Origin: a virus
Strand: one strand, 5' to 3'
IMG/VR virus record: IMGVR_UViG_2939786809_000002
Span: 3,141-67,140 of that record
Length of the DNA: 64,000 nucleotides
Of the stretch, positions 9,121 to 17,545 are shown piece after piece; position 1 is the first letter of the stretch; each line of letters begins with the position of its first letter. The position numbers and the translations under genes were made by a program. The notes beneath the pieces are model-generated. The model saw only the letters and a list, made by a program, of their open reading frames with translations. It had not been told where the DNA came from and did not search any database.

Positions 9121-9555
9121 TCAGTCCTCGGCGGCCGGCTTCTTGCGGCGGACGACGATCTTGCGCTTCTTCGGCGTGAAGTCCGGGTCCGTCTTGGGGC
9201 CCTCGGCTGCAGCAAGAGCTTCGCTAAGGATGCGCGCCTGGGACTTGACGTCGGGCTTGTCGCCGGCTTCGAGCTTGCGGACGCGTTCGCGCAGCGCATC
9301 AAGTGTTGCGGCGTCGTGAGCGGCCTGTTCGTAGAAGTCGGGCGTGACGACGTAGGCCTGGCGGGCTCCGCGTTCGGTGAAGGCGCCGACCTTTCCGCCG
9401 TACCTGACCTCGCGAATGAGGCTGGTCAGCAGTGCTCGCGCGTCGGTCATGCCGACGGTCGCGACGCCGTCGTCTGCGGTCTCGATGCCCTTCCCAGTAG
9501 CCATGGCCAGAGTGTAAGCCATCTCCAGAACTTCCTTCCTGTTCATCCTCGCCAA
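9121..9555 (-). CDS. Phd/YefM-like antitoxin-domain protein (orphan)
   Basis: VGMTDARALLTSLIREVRYGGKVGAFTERGARQAYVVTPDFYE fits the Phd/YefM N-terminal DNA-binding pattern; no adjacent toxin. Confidence 0.65.
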   Translation of the reverse strand: MARMNRKEVLEMAYTLAMATGKGIETADDGVATVGMTDARALLTSLIREVRYGGKVGAFTERGARQAYVVTPDFYEQAAHDAATLDALRERVRKLEAGDKPDVKSQARILSEALAAAEGPKTDPDFTPKKRKIVVRRKKPAAED

Positions 9556-9693
9556 CCTTTAAAGAAGTGTGGCAGAGTAGACCCCAGGAACGCCAGACCT
9601 AGCCGACTGCGGATCACGAAAGAAGAGGCCCACAAGGGCCTGGTTCCGTGCGCCCACTCGGCCCCCGCCACCCGTTCCGCGAGAGGGATCGAA

Positions 9694-10137
9694 ATGACCA
9701 TCGCCGACGACCTGAACCTCATCGGAAACGACCAGCTGAAACGGCGTGTACGCGCCGCCGAATCCGTCGCCTGGCAGGCACTCAACATCACCCCCAACCC
9801 CGGCGAGACCGCCACCGAAGTCCTCGCCCGCATCCGCTACTCCGCCGAGCGCGACCACCCCGAACTGATCCTCCGGCGTGAGCACAGCCGCCAGGAGATC
9901 CTCCCCATCGCCGACGACTGCGGCTGCGACCCGAACAGCGACGGCTACGACGACGACCACTGCGAATCCGGCGAAGCAGGCGAGTACCTGTGTGCCCGCC
10001 GCCACCTCGGCTGGGTCTGCGGCACCTGCATCAATAAGGGCGACGACGGCCCCAGCTGGCGACCCGACCGCTACGAGTGGCCCTGCCCCACCGTGACCGC
10101 CCTCGACGTCGGCGATTCACAGGACGGCAAGCGATGA
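9694..10137 (+). CDS. Cys-rich hypothetical protein
   Basis: RBS gagggg-like; MTIADDLNLIG...CGC...C...C..C...WPC; ATGA-coupled to the methyltransferase. Confidence 0.65.
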   Translation: MTIADDLNLIGNDQLKRRVRAAESVAWQALNITPNPGETATEVLARIRYSAERDHPELILRREHSRQEILPIADDCGCDPNSDGYDDDHCESGEAGEYLCARRHLGWVCGTCINKGDDGPSWRPDRYEWPCPTVTALDVGDSQDGKR

Positions 10138-11150
10138 CCAACCTCAGCCTCTGCTCCGGCTACGGCGGACTTGATCTTGCCGTCGAGCAGATCACCGGCA
10201 ACAAGACCCTCGTCTACGCGGAAAGCGACCCCTACGCCTCCGAGGTCATGGCCGCCCGCTTCCCGTGGGCCGTCAACCTCGGCGACATCAAGACGGCCGA
10301 CTGGGCCGGTCTCGCCCATAACAACACCTTCACCACCATCACCGCCGGCTTCCCGTGCCAGGACATCTCCTCGGCCGGCCGCAGGAAAGGAATCACCGGT
10401 GCCCGCTCGGGAATCTGGAAAAACGTCGCTCAAGCTGTGGGCGTCATTCGACCGCGCTACGTCTTCCTGGAAAATGTGGCGGCCATCAAAGCGCGCGGCC
10501 TCGACGTCGTCATCGCCGACCTGGCCCAAATCGGGTATGACGCGCGCTGGACATGTCTACGAGCTGGCGACCCCGCGGTCGGCAACCCGACGCCGCGCGA
10601 CCGGTGGCTCTGCATCGCCTATCCCGCTGCTCAAGACCCCGACAGCGCAGCTTGGCGTGAACGGTGGGCCACAGCACCCGGACAAGCGGAAAGCGGGCGG
10701 GCACGGGCCGACCTTGGAGGACGAAGTGGTGTTCCTGCTTCCGACACCAACGGCACGGCTGGGCGACTCGACCTCGCGGGGAGCGGACCCCGCCCGGTAC
10801 AAGGGGCCGAAGTCACTGAACGGCAGGCGCAGCAACCTGGACGACTGCGTGGCGGCAGTGGAGGCGAAGTCCCCCTGGCTTGGGGTGCTTTTGAACCCGC
10901 CATCCGACGCTGGGAAGCCGTCATCGGGCGCCCCGCACCCGCCCCTACGGAGCCCGGGATCCGAGGAAACCGCCGCCTGACGCCGCTCTTCGTCGAGTGG
11001 CTTATGGGCTGCGACGAGGGATGGGTCACCGACCTCGACCTGCCACGGAACAAGCAGCTGAAGATCCTCGGCAACGGCGTAGTCACCCGCCAGGCCGTCG
11101 AAGGCTACCGCCGGCTGCTGTGCGCCGACATTGAGGCGATGACCGCGTGA
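10134..11150 (+). CDS. orphan DNA (cytosine-5) methyltransferase
   Basis: Motif I LCSGYGGLD, motif IV AGFPCQ, motif VI ENV, motif IX/X-like VEWLMG...LGNGVV; no cognate endonuclease adjacent. Confidence 0.9.
   Translation: MTNLSLCSGYGGLDLAVEQITGNKTLVYAESDPYASEVMAARFPWAVNLGDIKTADWAGLAHNNTFTTITAGFPCQDISSAGRRKGITGARSGIWKNVAQAVGVIRPRYVFLENVAAIKARGLDVVIADLAQIGYDARWTCLRAGDPAVGNPTPRDRWLCIAYPAAQDPDSAAWRERWATAPGQAESGRARADLGGRSGVPASDTNGTAGRLDLAGSGPRPVQGAEVTERQAQQPGRLRGGSGGEVPLAWGAFEPAIRRWEAVIGRPAPAPTEPGIRGNRRLTPLFVEWLMGCDEGWVTDLDLPRNKQLKILGNGVVTRQAVEGYRRLLCADIEAMTA
10537..10980 (+). CDS. nested out-of-frame ORF inside the methyltransferase (LL[K/P]TPT repeat protein)
   Basis: Alternative frame stays open from 10171; MTRAGHVYEL...LLKTPTAQLGVNGGPQHPDKRKAGGHGPTLEDEVVFLLPTPTA looks protein-like. 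Confidence 0.55.
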   Translation: MTRAGHVYELATPRSATRRRATGGSASPIPLLKTPTAQLGVNGGPQHPDKRKAGGHGPTLEDEVVFLLPTPTARLGDSTSRGADPARYKGPKSLNGRRSNLDDCVAAVEAKSPWLGVLLNPPSDAGKPSSGAPHPPLRSPGSEETAA

Positions 11151-11244
11151 CGCCCCGCCCGGACCCCGCCCCCACCTGACCCGACCGCGGGCCCCACACC
11201 GCTGACAGCCCGTACCTATCCGTACCGCCAGAAGGAAGACATCC

Positions 11245-12162
11245 GTGGGTATTCGCCTGTTCGTCGAGGTGCTGGAACACGCACCCGACTCCTTGACGTG
11301 GCGTGAGCGGTACGTCCTTTCCGTGCTGGCGGAGAACGCCAACGACGGCACCCGCGAGTGCTGGCCCGGCATCGAGGACGACCCGGTGATCGCCCGCCGT
11401 ATGCGTATCCCGGGCCGCTCCAGCCGCTACGAGGTGCTGCGCGCACTGCGGGAGAAGAAGGCCCTGGAGACCGTCTCCGCCGGCCGCCGCGGGCACCGAG
11501 CCGTCTACCGCATCCCCACTCTTGGCCCCGCTTTGGGTCCGGGAACTACGGACCCTAACGTCTCCACAGGGTCCGGAAACTCCGGACACAGCGTCCAGGA
11601 ACCCCGGACCCTAACCGCAGAAAAGGGTCCGGAAACCACGGACCCTAACTCTGAGAAAGGGTCCGGGAACGACGTAGTTAGGGTCCGGGAACGACCGCTA
11701 CAGGGTCCGGAAACCACGGACCCCTTCCCCTCAGTCCCCTCAGTCCCCTCAGCTAGCAAGCAAGAGGGCCCGGTCGAAACGTTCGGCATCCCGGAAGCTG
11801 CCCGCCCCCTCGTAGACGGTGTGACCGCAGCCGGAGTAACTGTCCGCTGGCCCTTCCGCGGCAACAGCTGGTTCCCAGTTCTCGCCATGATCAGCAAATC
11901 CGGCGTGAACGCCATGGTCGAACACGCGATCACCGCCGCCAGCCGAACGCGCGTCGAGTCAGCGAACTACTTCCTCAAGGGCTGGGGCGAACTACCGCCC
12001 CTCCCGCCCCCAGGCGCCCAACGGCCCGCGCTCCGCTCCGTGCCCGCCACCCGCTCCACCACCGACGAACGCGTCGCCCAGGGCCAAGCCCTTGCCGCGA
12101 AGTTCCGCGAAGAAGAACGCCGAGCCCTCGAAGCCGGCCACCACCCCCAGGAGACCGCGTGA
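11245..12162 (+). CDS. phage replication initiator (N-terminal HTH, lambda O-like layout)
   Basis: N-terminal HTH (RERYVLSVLAENAND...CWPG), central low-complexity iteron region, followed by loader and helicase genes. Confidence 0.75.
   Translation: MGIRLFVEVLEHAPDSLTWRERYVLSVLAENANDGTRECWPGIEDDPVIARRMRIPGRSSRYEVLRALREKKALETVSAGRRGHRAVYRIPTLGPALGPGTTDPNVSTGSGNSGHSVQEPRTLTAEKGPETTDPNSEKGSGNDVVRVRERPLQGPETTDPFPSVPSVPSASKQEGPVETFGIPEAARPLVDGVTAAGVTVRWPFRGNSWFPVLAMISKSGVNAMVEHAITAASRTRVESANYFLKGWGELPPLPPPGAQRPALRSVPATRSTTDERVAQGQALAAKFREEERRALEAGHHPQETA
11535..11752. repeat. iteron array, probable replication origin
   Basis: GGGTCCG-N7-CGGACCC at 11535, 11625, 11703; variants at 11569, 11591; half-sites at 11659, 11681; then a CCCCTCAG triplet. 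Confidence 0.75.
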
Positions 12163-12401
12163 CCCTCGCCGAAACGGCAGACCTTCTGTCCATCGCCGCC
12201 GGAATCGACCAGCGAACCATCGGCGAATCCGACGTCCGGGCCTGGCAGATGGTCCTCGACGACATCCCGTTCCACGCCGCCCATAGCGCCCTTCGCGACC
12301 ACTACCGGTCCACCACCCGGCGCCTCACTCCAGCCGACATCGTCCAGCGCACCAACCCTCGCGGCGGCTACGAAGCCAACGCCGAGAAAGGGATCTTCTA
12401 A
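12159..12401 (+). CDS. helicase loader/inhibitor-like protein (G39P-like)
   Basis: AWQMVLDDIPFHAAHSALRDHY...TPADI; sits between initiator and helicase. Confidence 0.65.
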   Translation: MTLAETADLLSIAAGIDQRTIGESDVRAWQMVLDDIPFHAAHSALRDHYRSTTRRLTPADIVQRTNPRGGYEANAEKGIF

Positions 12402-13742
12402 GTGATCGCCGACCAGTACGCGCCCGAAGACACCAACGTCCTCGAAGGGACCGTCTTCGAGCGCACCCCGCCCAACGACATCGCCGCCGAGATGTGCGTC
12501 CTCGGCTCCTGCATCCTGTCGCCGATCGCCTGCCGCCTGGTCCTCGACATCCTCGACCCCGCAGCGTTCTACCGGCCGGCGCACACCGTGATCCTCCTCG
12601 GCATCGCCGAAATGCACGCCGCCAAGCAGCCCATCGACCCGGTCACCCTCAGCAAGCACCTCGCCGACCGCGGCGACCTCGACCGGGTCGGTGGCTGGCA
12701 GTACCTCACCGAACTCGTCAAGGCCGTCCCCACCGCGGCGAACGCCGACTACTACGCCGACATCGTCCAAGACCGCCACCTGCGTCGCGCCCTCATCGGC
12801 ATCGGTACCGCCCTCGTTCAGATGGGCTACGCCGCAGACGACGCCACCGCCGAGCTTGTTGAGCGGGCCGTCACTCTCACCCGCGAGCTCCGCGACCAGG
12901 GCATGGCCACCGAAGACCTTCCCACCGAAGACATCCTCGACTTTGTCCAGCACGAGGACACCCACGACTGGATCGTCCCCGGTCTCCTGGAGCGCCAGGA
13001 CCGGCTGATCCTCACCGCCTCCGAGGGCGGCGGGAAGTCCACCCTGCTCCGGCAGCTGTCCGTCACCCTCGCCGCAGGCATCCACCCCTTCCGTACCTGG
13101 GAAACCATCAAGCCGATCAAGGTGCTCACCCTCGACTGTGAGAACGGGGCACCCGCCTCCCGCCGCAAGTTCCGGCCCCTCCTCGACTCCGCCGCGGCTC
13201 TGGAACTCCCCGTACAGCGAGGCCAGTTCCACATCGAATGCAAGCCCGAAGGGCTCGACCTCACCCGCCCCCAGGACCGGGCGTGGATGATGCGCCGCGT
13301 AGAAAAGCTCAACCCCGACCTGCTGATCATCGGCCCGATCTACCGGCTCCACGCGGGCGACCCCAACAGCGAAGAACTCGCACGCAAGGTCAGCGTCGTC
13401 ATCGACGAAGCCCGCGGCACCGCCGGCTGCGCCGTCCTCATGGAAGCCCACGCCCCCCACCACAACGGCATGGGCCAGCACCGCAACCTCCGCCCCCTCG
13501 GCTCCTCGCTGTGGATGCGGTGGCCCGAGTTCGGCTTCGGCCTTCGCCCCGTCGAGGACGAGAAGTCCGCGGCCAACGCCGAAGGTGCCCGCGGCCGGCG
13601 CGTCGTCCCCTGGCGCGGTATGCGGGACGAGCGGGACTGGCCCCAGTTCATCAAGCAGGGCGAGAAGTGGCCCTGGACCTCGTACACCCCCATCGACGCC
13701 GACCAGTACAGCGGCTTCTCCCCGACAGGAGCGATCTGGTGA
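12402..13742 (+). CDS. DnaB-like replicative helicase (DnaB N-domain plus RecA-type ATPase)
   Basis: PPNDIAAEMCVLGS...FYRPAH...PIDPVT; Walker A ASEGGGKST; MRWPEFGFGL. Confidence 0.85.
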   Translation: MIADQYAPEDTNVLEGTVFERTPPNDIAAEMCVLGSCILSPIACRLVLDILDPAAFYRPAHTVILLGIAEMHAAKQPIDPVTLSKHLADRGDLDRVGGWQYLTELVKAVPTAANADYYADIVQDRHLRRALIGIGTALVQMGYAADDATAELVERAVTLTRELRDQGMATEDLPTEDILDFVQHEDTHDWIVPGLLERQDRLILTASEGGGKSTLLRQLSVTLAAGIHPFRTWETIKPIKVLTLDCENGAPASRRKFRPLLDSAAALELPVQRGQFHIECKPEGLDLTRPQDRAWMMRRVEKLNPDLLIIGPIYRLHAGDPNSEELARKVSVVIDEARGTAGCAVLMEAHAPHHNGMGQHRNLRPLGSSLWMRWPEFGFGLRPVEDEKSAANAEGARGRRVVPWRGMRDERDWPQFIKQGEKWPWTSYTPIDADQYSGFSPTGAIW

Positions 13743-14485
13743 CCATCCAAGACGACTGGCACAACTGGACCGTCGGTGAGGCCGTCGAGACGGCCATGCA
13801 CCAGCAGATCACCCGCGCGGGCCACGTCCCAGGCCAGCCCGGTGCGCTCGACGGTGGCATGACGATCGAGGCGCTCCCCACCTGGTACGGCGGGACAACG
13901 TTCCGGTCCGCCCTGGAAGCGTCCTGGGCCGCGACCCTCGACACCCTCCGCATCGCCTGGGAGTACGAGCCCGAGACGGTGACCTTGCCGTCCGGGGCCA
14001 CGTACATCCCGGACTTCAAGCTCCCCGACATCGGAGCCTGGCTGGAGGTCAAAGGCACCGGCGTACCGCGGGTCGAGAAGGCCATCGAGTTCGGGAAGTC
14101 CCTCGCCTGCGACTGCGACTTCCGCTCCTGCGCCTGCTGGTGGCGTGGCGGCGAGCTCGTCGTCATCGGCCACCCGCCGGCCCCGTACAGCGCATGGTCC
14201 GACCCGCAGTTCGCCGACGTCGAGAACATCAACTACCGGGCGATGGCCAACGCTCAGCGGCGCCACGGCGGCCACCCCAACTGGACGTCCACCCGCGGCC
14301 GAACCCTGTGGCTGACCCGCTGCCAGGACTGCAACCGCGGCACATGGTTCGACTGGGGGCAGTGCCGCGCCTGCCACGGCCCGCTCGCTGGCACCCGGGG
14401 CTACCGGCCCGGCGAGGCCGGCGTCGAGTTCCGGCGGATCACCGGGCCGAAACCCGCAGGTGACGAGTCTGCGGAGGCCGCCTGA
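13739..14485 (+). CDS. PD-(D/E)xK endonuclease with C-terminal Cys cluster
   Basis: IEALPTWYGGTTFRSALEASWA...WEYEPE...YIPDF...WLEVKG. Confidence 0.75.
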   Translation: MTIQDDWHNWTVGEAVETAMHQQITRAGHVPGQPGALDGGMTIEALPTWYGGTTFRSALEASWAATLDTLRIAWEYEPETVTLPSGATYIPDFKLPDIGAWLEVKGTGVPRVEKAIEFGKSLACDCDFRSCACWWRGGELVVIGHPPAPYSAWSDPQFADVENINYRAMANAQRRHGGHPNWTSTRGRTLWLTRCQDCNRGTWFDWGQCRACHGPLAGTRGYRPGEAGVEFRRITGPKPAGDESAEAA

Positions 14486-14548
14486 TGCGCACGTTGAACC
14501 CCGACTCGGCGGGGGACCGGTCGTCGGGTGGGGCGCGGGCGCGAGGCC

Positions 14549-14734
14549 GTGACGCCCCCGTCGCGGGCCAGAACGCGGCCTCTCGCGGCCGAACAGGCTT
14601 CCAGCGCCCCGGAGTCCCAGTGGGGCGGAGAGCGCCAGGGAGACGCCCAGCGGGCCGATCCGACCTCAGAGCAGATCCCCGGGCAGACCGAACTGCCCCT
14701 CGTCTACCGGCAACCAACCCTCTGGAGCTTGTGA
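14549..14734 (+). CDS. hypothetical protein (C-terminal QIPGQTELPL)
   Basis: Higher GC3 than the competing 14485 frame; TGATG-coupled to the next gene. Confidence 0.5.
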   Translation: MTPPSRARTRPLAAEQASSAPESQWGGERQGDAQRADPTSEQIPGQTELPLVYRQPTLWSL

Positions 14735-14937
14735 TGAACACCAGCCTCGCCCCTGCTCCCGTGAAGGCCACGAACGGCGGCAGCGACCTCGACCACATCT
14801 ACTGCTGCGACCCGGACCTGGCCCTGTGCGGCACGGACGTGAGCGACGTCCCGGAGATCGACGCCGACAGCGACATCAACTGCGTCGTGTGCGCCGACCT
14901 CGACGGCGGGCCGTGCTCGCCGAACTGCACCCCGTGA
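14734..14937 (+). CDS. small Cys-rich protein
   Basis: HIYCCDPDLALCG...CVVC...C...C. Confidence 0.6.
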   Translation: MNTSLAPAPVKATNGGSDLDHIYCCDPDLALCGTDVSDVPEIDADSDINCVVCADLDGGPCSPNCTP

Positions 14938-15011
14938 ACGCAGTACCGGCTGCCCCCGTTGGACCCGGGGGCAGCCGGCCCGCCCACCGTACCGATCACC
15001 TGGAGCCCCTG

Positions 15012-15938
15012 ATGCCCAACCCCACCCCCGCCGACCTGCTGCGCGCCGCCGCCGTGCGTGCCCGGCGGACCGGCGACCCTCTGCAAACCGACCTGGCCCT
15101 CCTGCTGGAGGCGGTCTCCAACTCGGACGACGAGACGCTGAACGACCCGTGGTCCGACCGGCACGACGGGTGCGGCCGGGAGTACTGCGTACCCGCCGCT
15201 GCCCTGGCGGTGGCCCGGCAGCTCCTCGGCACCACGAGTGAGGACGACCGGGCCGCGACCGAGAAGAAGCTGGGGGCCCTCCAGCGGCGCCGTGACGAGG
15301 TGGGCGCAGAGTGCAGGCGGCGTGGCAGGCGGGTGCTGGAGCAGTCCGAGCAGATCCTCGCTCTGGAGCGGTCCCTTGACGAGGTCCGGCGGCAGTTGGG
15401 CCAGGAGATCCTGCGGGCGGGCGAGGCTGAGGCTGCGCTGAACGCCGCCCCGCCCGCGCCTGCCGACCGGGCCGCGATCGAGGCGCTGGCCGCCGAGTGG
15501 GAGAAGCGCGGCGAGTACGGCGACTCCAGCATCACCGACCGCGCACGGGAGCTCCGGGCCGTGCTGGCCGGTGAGGCTGCCGCCGGGGTGCAGCCGCCCA
15601 CCACCACCGCCGACCGTGCCGCCGCGCTCGGCATGACCCCCACCGAGTACCGGCAGCACAGCCACACCACCGCCGTCCAGCAGATCCAGGCCGCCGCCCA
15701 GGGCCTGTTCGCCGGGACCGCGATCCGGGTCGCGGACGCCCTGAAGGAGCCGGACGAGAACGAGGCGGAGCCCGAGCCGCTGACCGAGGAGCAGCTCATC
15801 CGGCAGCACGTCACCACCGTGCACCTCATCGGCGACCAGCTCGCGAACGTCGAGTCGTGGCTGTGGCAGCAGCTGGCCGACGCACGCGACACCACCCCGC
15901 CCGCTGCCCCTGCCGCGCCCGAGGAGCCCACACGATGA
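15012..15938 (+). CDS. mosaic hypothetical phage protein with coiled coil
   Basis: RBS ggag; high GC3; ATGA-coupled downstream. Confidence 0.7.
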   Translation: MPNPTPADLLRAAAVRARRTGDPLQTDLALLLEAVSNSDDETLNDPWSDRHDGCGREYCVPAAALAVARQLLGTTSEDDRAATEKKLGALQRRRDEVGAECRRRGRRVLEQSEQILALERSLDEVRRQLGQEILRAGEAEAALNAAPPAPADRAAIEALAAEWEKRGEYGDSSITDRARELRAVLAGEAAAGVQPPTTTADRAAALGMTPTEYRQHSHTTAVQQIQAAAQGLFAGTAIRVADALKEPDENEAEPEPLTEEQLIRQHVTTVHLIGDQLANVESWLWQQLADARDTTPPAAPAAPEEPTR

Positions 15939-16210
15939 CCACGCCCGAGGTGCGGCCCCTGTCCTGCACCAGGTGCGGTGGTCAGTGCGGGGTCGTCGAG
16001 GACTACACGCTGCGAAGCGACCTGGGCCCCGCCGTCATCAACGAGGACGGCGTCATCCAGCCTCAGTCGCCCGACACCGACGAGGAGTTCGGCTACAAGC
16101 TCGACCCGCGCCTGATCCGTTCCCGCGCCTACTGCCTCAACCGAGCCTGCGGCCACTGGTGGACGCTGCGCCGCCGAGTCGACCCCACCCCCGCCCCTGC
16201 TGCCGGGTGA
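15935..16210 (+). CDS. zinc-ribbon protein
   Basis: CTRCGG...CLNRACGHWW. Confidence 0.65.
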   Translation: MTTPEVRPLSCTRCGGQCGVVEDYTLRSDLGPAVINEDGVIQPQSPDTDEEFGYKLDPRLIRSRAYCLNRACGHWWTLRRRVDPTPAPAAG

Positions 16211-16235
16211 TCCCGGCCCACCGAGGAGACACCAC

Positions 16236-16490
16236 ATGACCCAGCTCGCCGCCACCCTGCACCGCGCCGCCGACCTCGCCGAAACCCACTGGACCCCGGA
16301 CCCGAACGGCCCCGGCATCTGCTCCCTGCTGAGCCAGGCCGCGCCCAGCGACGGAAGCCGCCCCGACGAGACCGACCTCTGGGACGCCGTCGTCACCCAC
16401 CTCGGCGAGGAGATGACCGTCGCCTGGGAGCAGCAGCCCGGCAGGACCCGAGCCGACGTCGCGGCGATGCTCCGCGCAACCGCCGTCTGA
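16236..16490 (+). CDS. hypothetical phage protein
   Basis: RBS gaggag; ends WEQQPGRTRADVAAMLRATA. Confidence 0.65.
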   Translation: MTQLAATLHRAADLAETHWTPDPNGPGICSLLSQAAPSDGSRPDETDLWDAVVTHLGEEMTVAWEQQPGRTRADVAAMLRATAV

Positions 16491-16554
16491 CGCCCCTGCC
16501 CCTGTGGGTGGCCGCCCCACCCGGCGGCCACCCCTGACCGGAAGGACCACGACC

Positions 16555-16812
16555 GTGGCCAGCACCCACACCCGTACCCACGTCACCACCACCTTCGCGA
16601 ACCCCTACCTCGTCTGCTCCCCCTGCCGCCAGACGGCCACCGGCTTCCACCAAGGGGACCCCAGCGCCTGCGGCTGCGAGACCGGGGACTGGCTCGTCCC
16701 GTGCCGCCACGCCGCCGAGGCCATCGACATCTGCTGGTCGTGGTCCCCGGCCAACGGCTGCCAGTGCCCCAACGGGCCCGCCGACCACGCGAGCCCCACC
16801 CCCGCCGCCTGA
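16555..16812 (+). CDS. Cys-rich hypothetical protein flanked by homologous linkers
   Basis: RBS gaagga; CSPC, CGC, PCRH, C..WS...GCQC. Confidence 0.6.
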   Translation: MASTHTRTHVTTTFANPYLVCSPCRQTATGFHQGDPSACGCETGDWLVPCRHAAEAIDICWSWSPANGCQCPNGPADHASPTPAA

Positions 16813-16874
16813 CGCCCCTGCTGTGTGGCCGCCCCGGGTGGGGCGGCCACCCCAACCCGGAAGGACCACCCGCC

Positions 16875-17063
16875 ATGGCCAAGACCGCCGAGTTCACCGT
16901 CACCGCCGACCGAGGCCCCTGCGTCATCTACGCCTCCAGCACCGGCGACGCCATCACCCTCGTCGACCAGATGGTCGTCTCCGACCCTCGCGAGCGGGCC
17001 ATCTGCCGGGCGCTCCTCGTCCACGCCCTGGCCCTGCTCGACGCCACCGAGGGGGCCCGGTGA
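16875..17063 (+). CDS. hypothetical protein
   Basis: RBS gaagga; coupled to the next gene. Confidence 0.6.
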   Translation: MAKTAEFTVTADRGPCVIYASSTGDAITLVDQMVVSDPRERAICRALLVHALALLDATEGAR

Positions 17064-17329
17064 CCACCCAGCCCGCCGAGCTCGACCACCTCCTCGACCG
17101 GGCCGACCGCAACGTCCTCCTCCCCGAGGAGGCCGCCCGGCTCCGCACCCTCGTCGGCCACCTCGTCGCCGCCCAGTGCACCGACCGCCGCGACATCTGC
17201 GACCGCTACCACCTGCCCCCGGTGGCCGGCTGCCCGTACCCCCGATGCCGGGCCGCACGCGGCGACCAGCCCACCCCGGCACCACGCACCCCCGGGGTGA
17301 TCGACCTCCCCGACATCAGCAACGCCTGA
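17060..17329 (+). CDS. hypothetical protein
   Basis: GTGA overlap; ELDHLLDRADR... Confidence 0.6.
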   Translation: MTTQPAELDHLLDRADRNVLLPEEAARLRTLVGHLVAAQCTDRRDICDRYHLPPVAGCPYPRCRAARGDQPTPAPRTPGVIDLPDISNA

Positions 17330-17380
17330 CCCTGGGCGCGCAGCCACCGCCTGACCCCGCCCCACCCACAGGAGAACCAC

Positions 17381-17545
17381 ATGATCCGCCCACTCACCGT
17401 CCGCCTCACCCCGGACACGTCCCGACTGCTCCGCCTGTACCGCGGCCAGCCACCGGCCACCGTCCTCGGCCGGGCCATGCGGATGCTCGCGCAAGCCGAC
17501 GGGCACCTCGACCCCGCCGGCAACATCAAGCAGCAGCGGCCATGA
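17381..17545 (+). CDS. small ribbon-helix-helix-like protein
   Basis: RBS aggaga; MIRPLTVRLTPDTSRLL...VLGRAMRML; ATGA overlap. Confidence 0.55.
   Translation: MIRPLTVRLTPDTSRLLRLYRGQPPATVLGRAMRMLAQADGHLDPAGNIKQQRP

Noticed and set aside
11535-11723. Repeat array as a mini-CRISPR
   Set aside because: The repeats are in-frame inside a coding gene, the spacers are short and irregular, and there are no cas genes; iterons fit better.
10134-14485. Methyltransferase plus PD-(D/E)xK nuclease as a restriction-modification system
   Set aside because: The genes are 2.6 kb apart and separated by replication genes; the nuclease resembles phage replication/recombination nucleases, so the MTase is treated as an orphan.
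14485-14937. 150-aa ORF starting at the nuclease stop
   Set aside because: Its 5' half has poor GC3 and overlaps the better 14549-14734 frame; only the 3' part from ATG 14734 is accepted.
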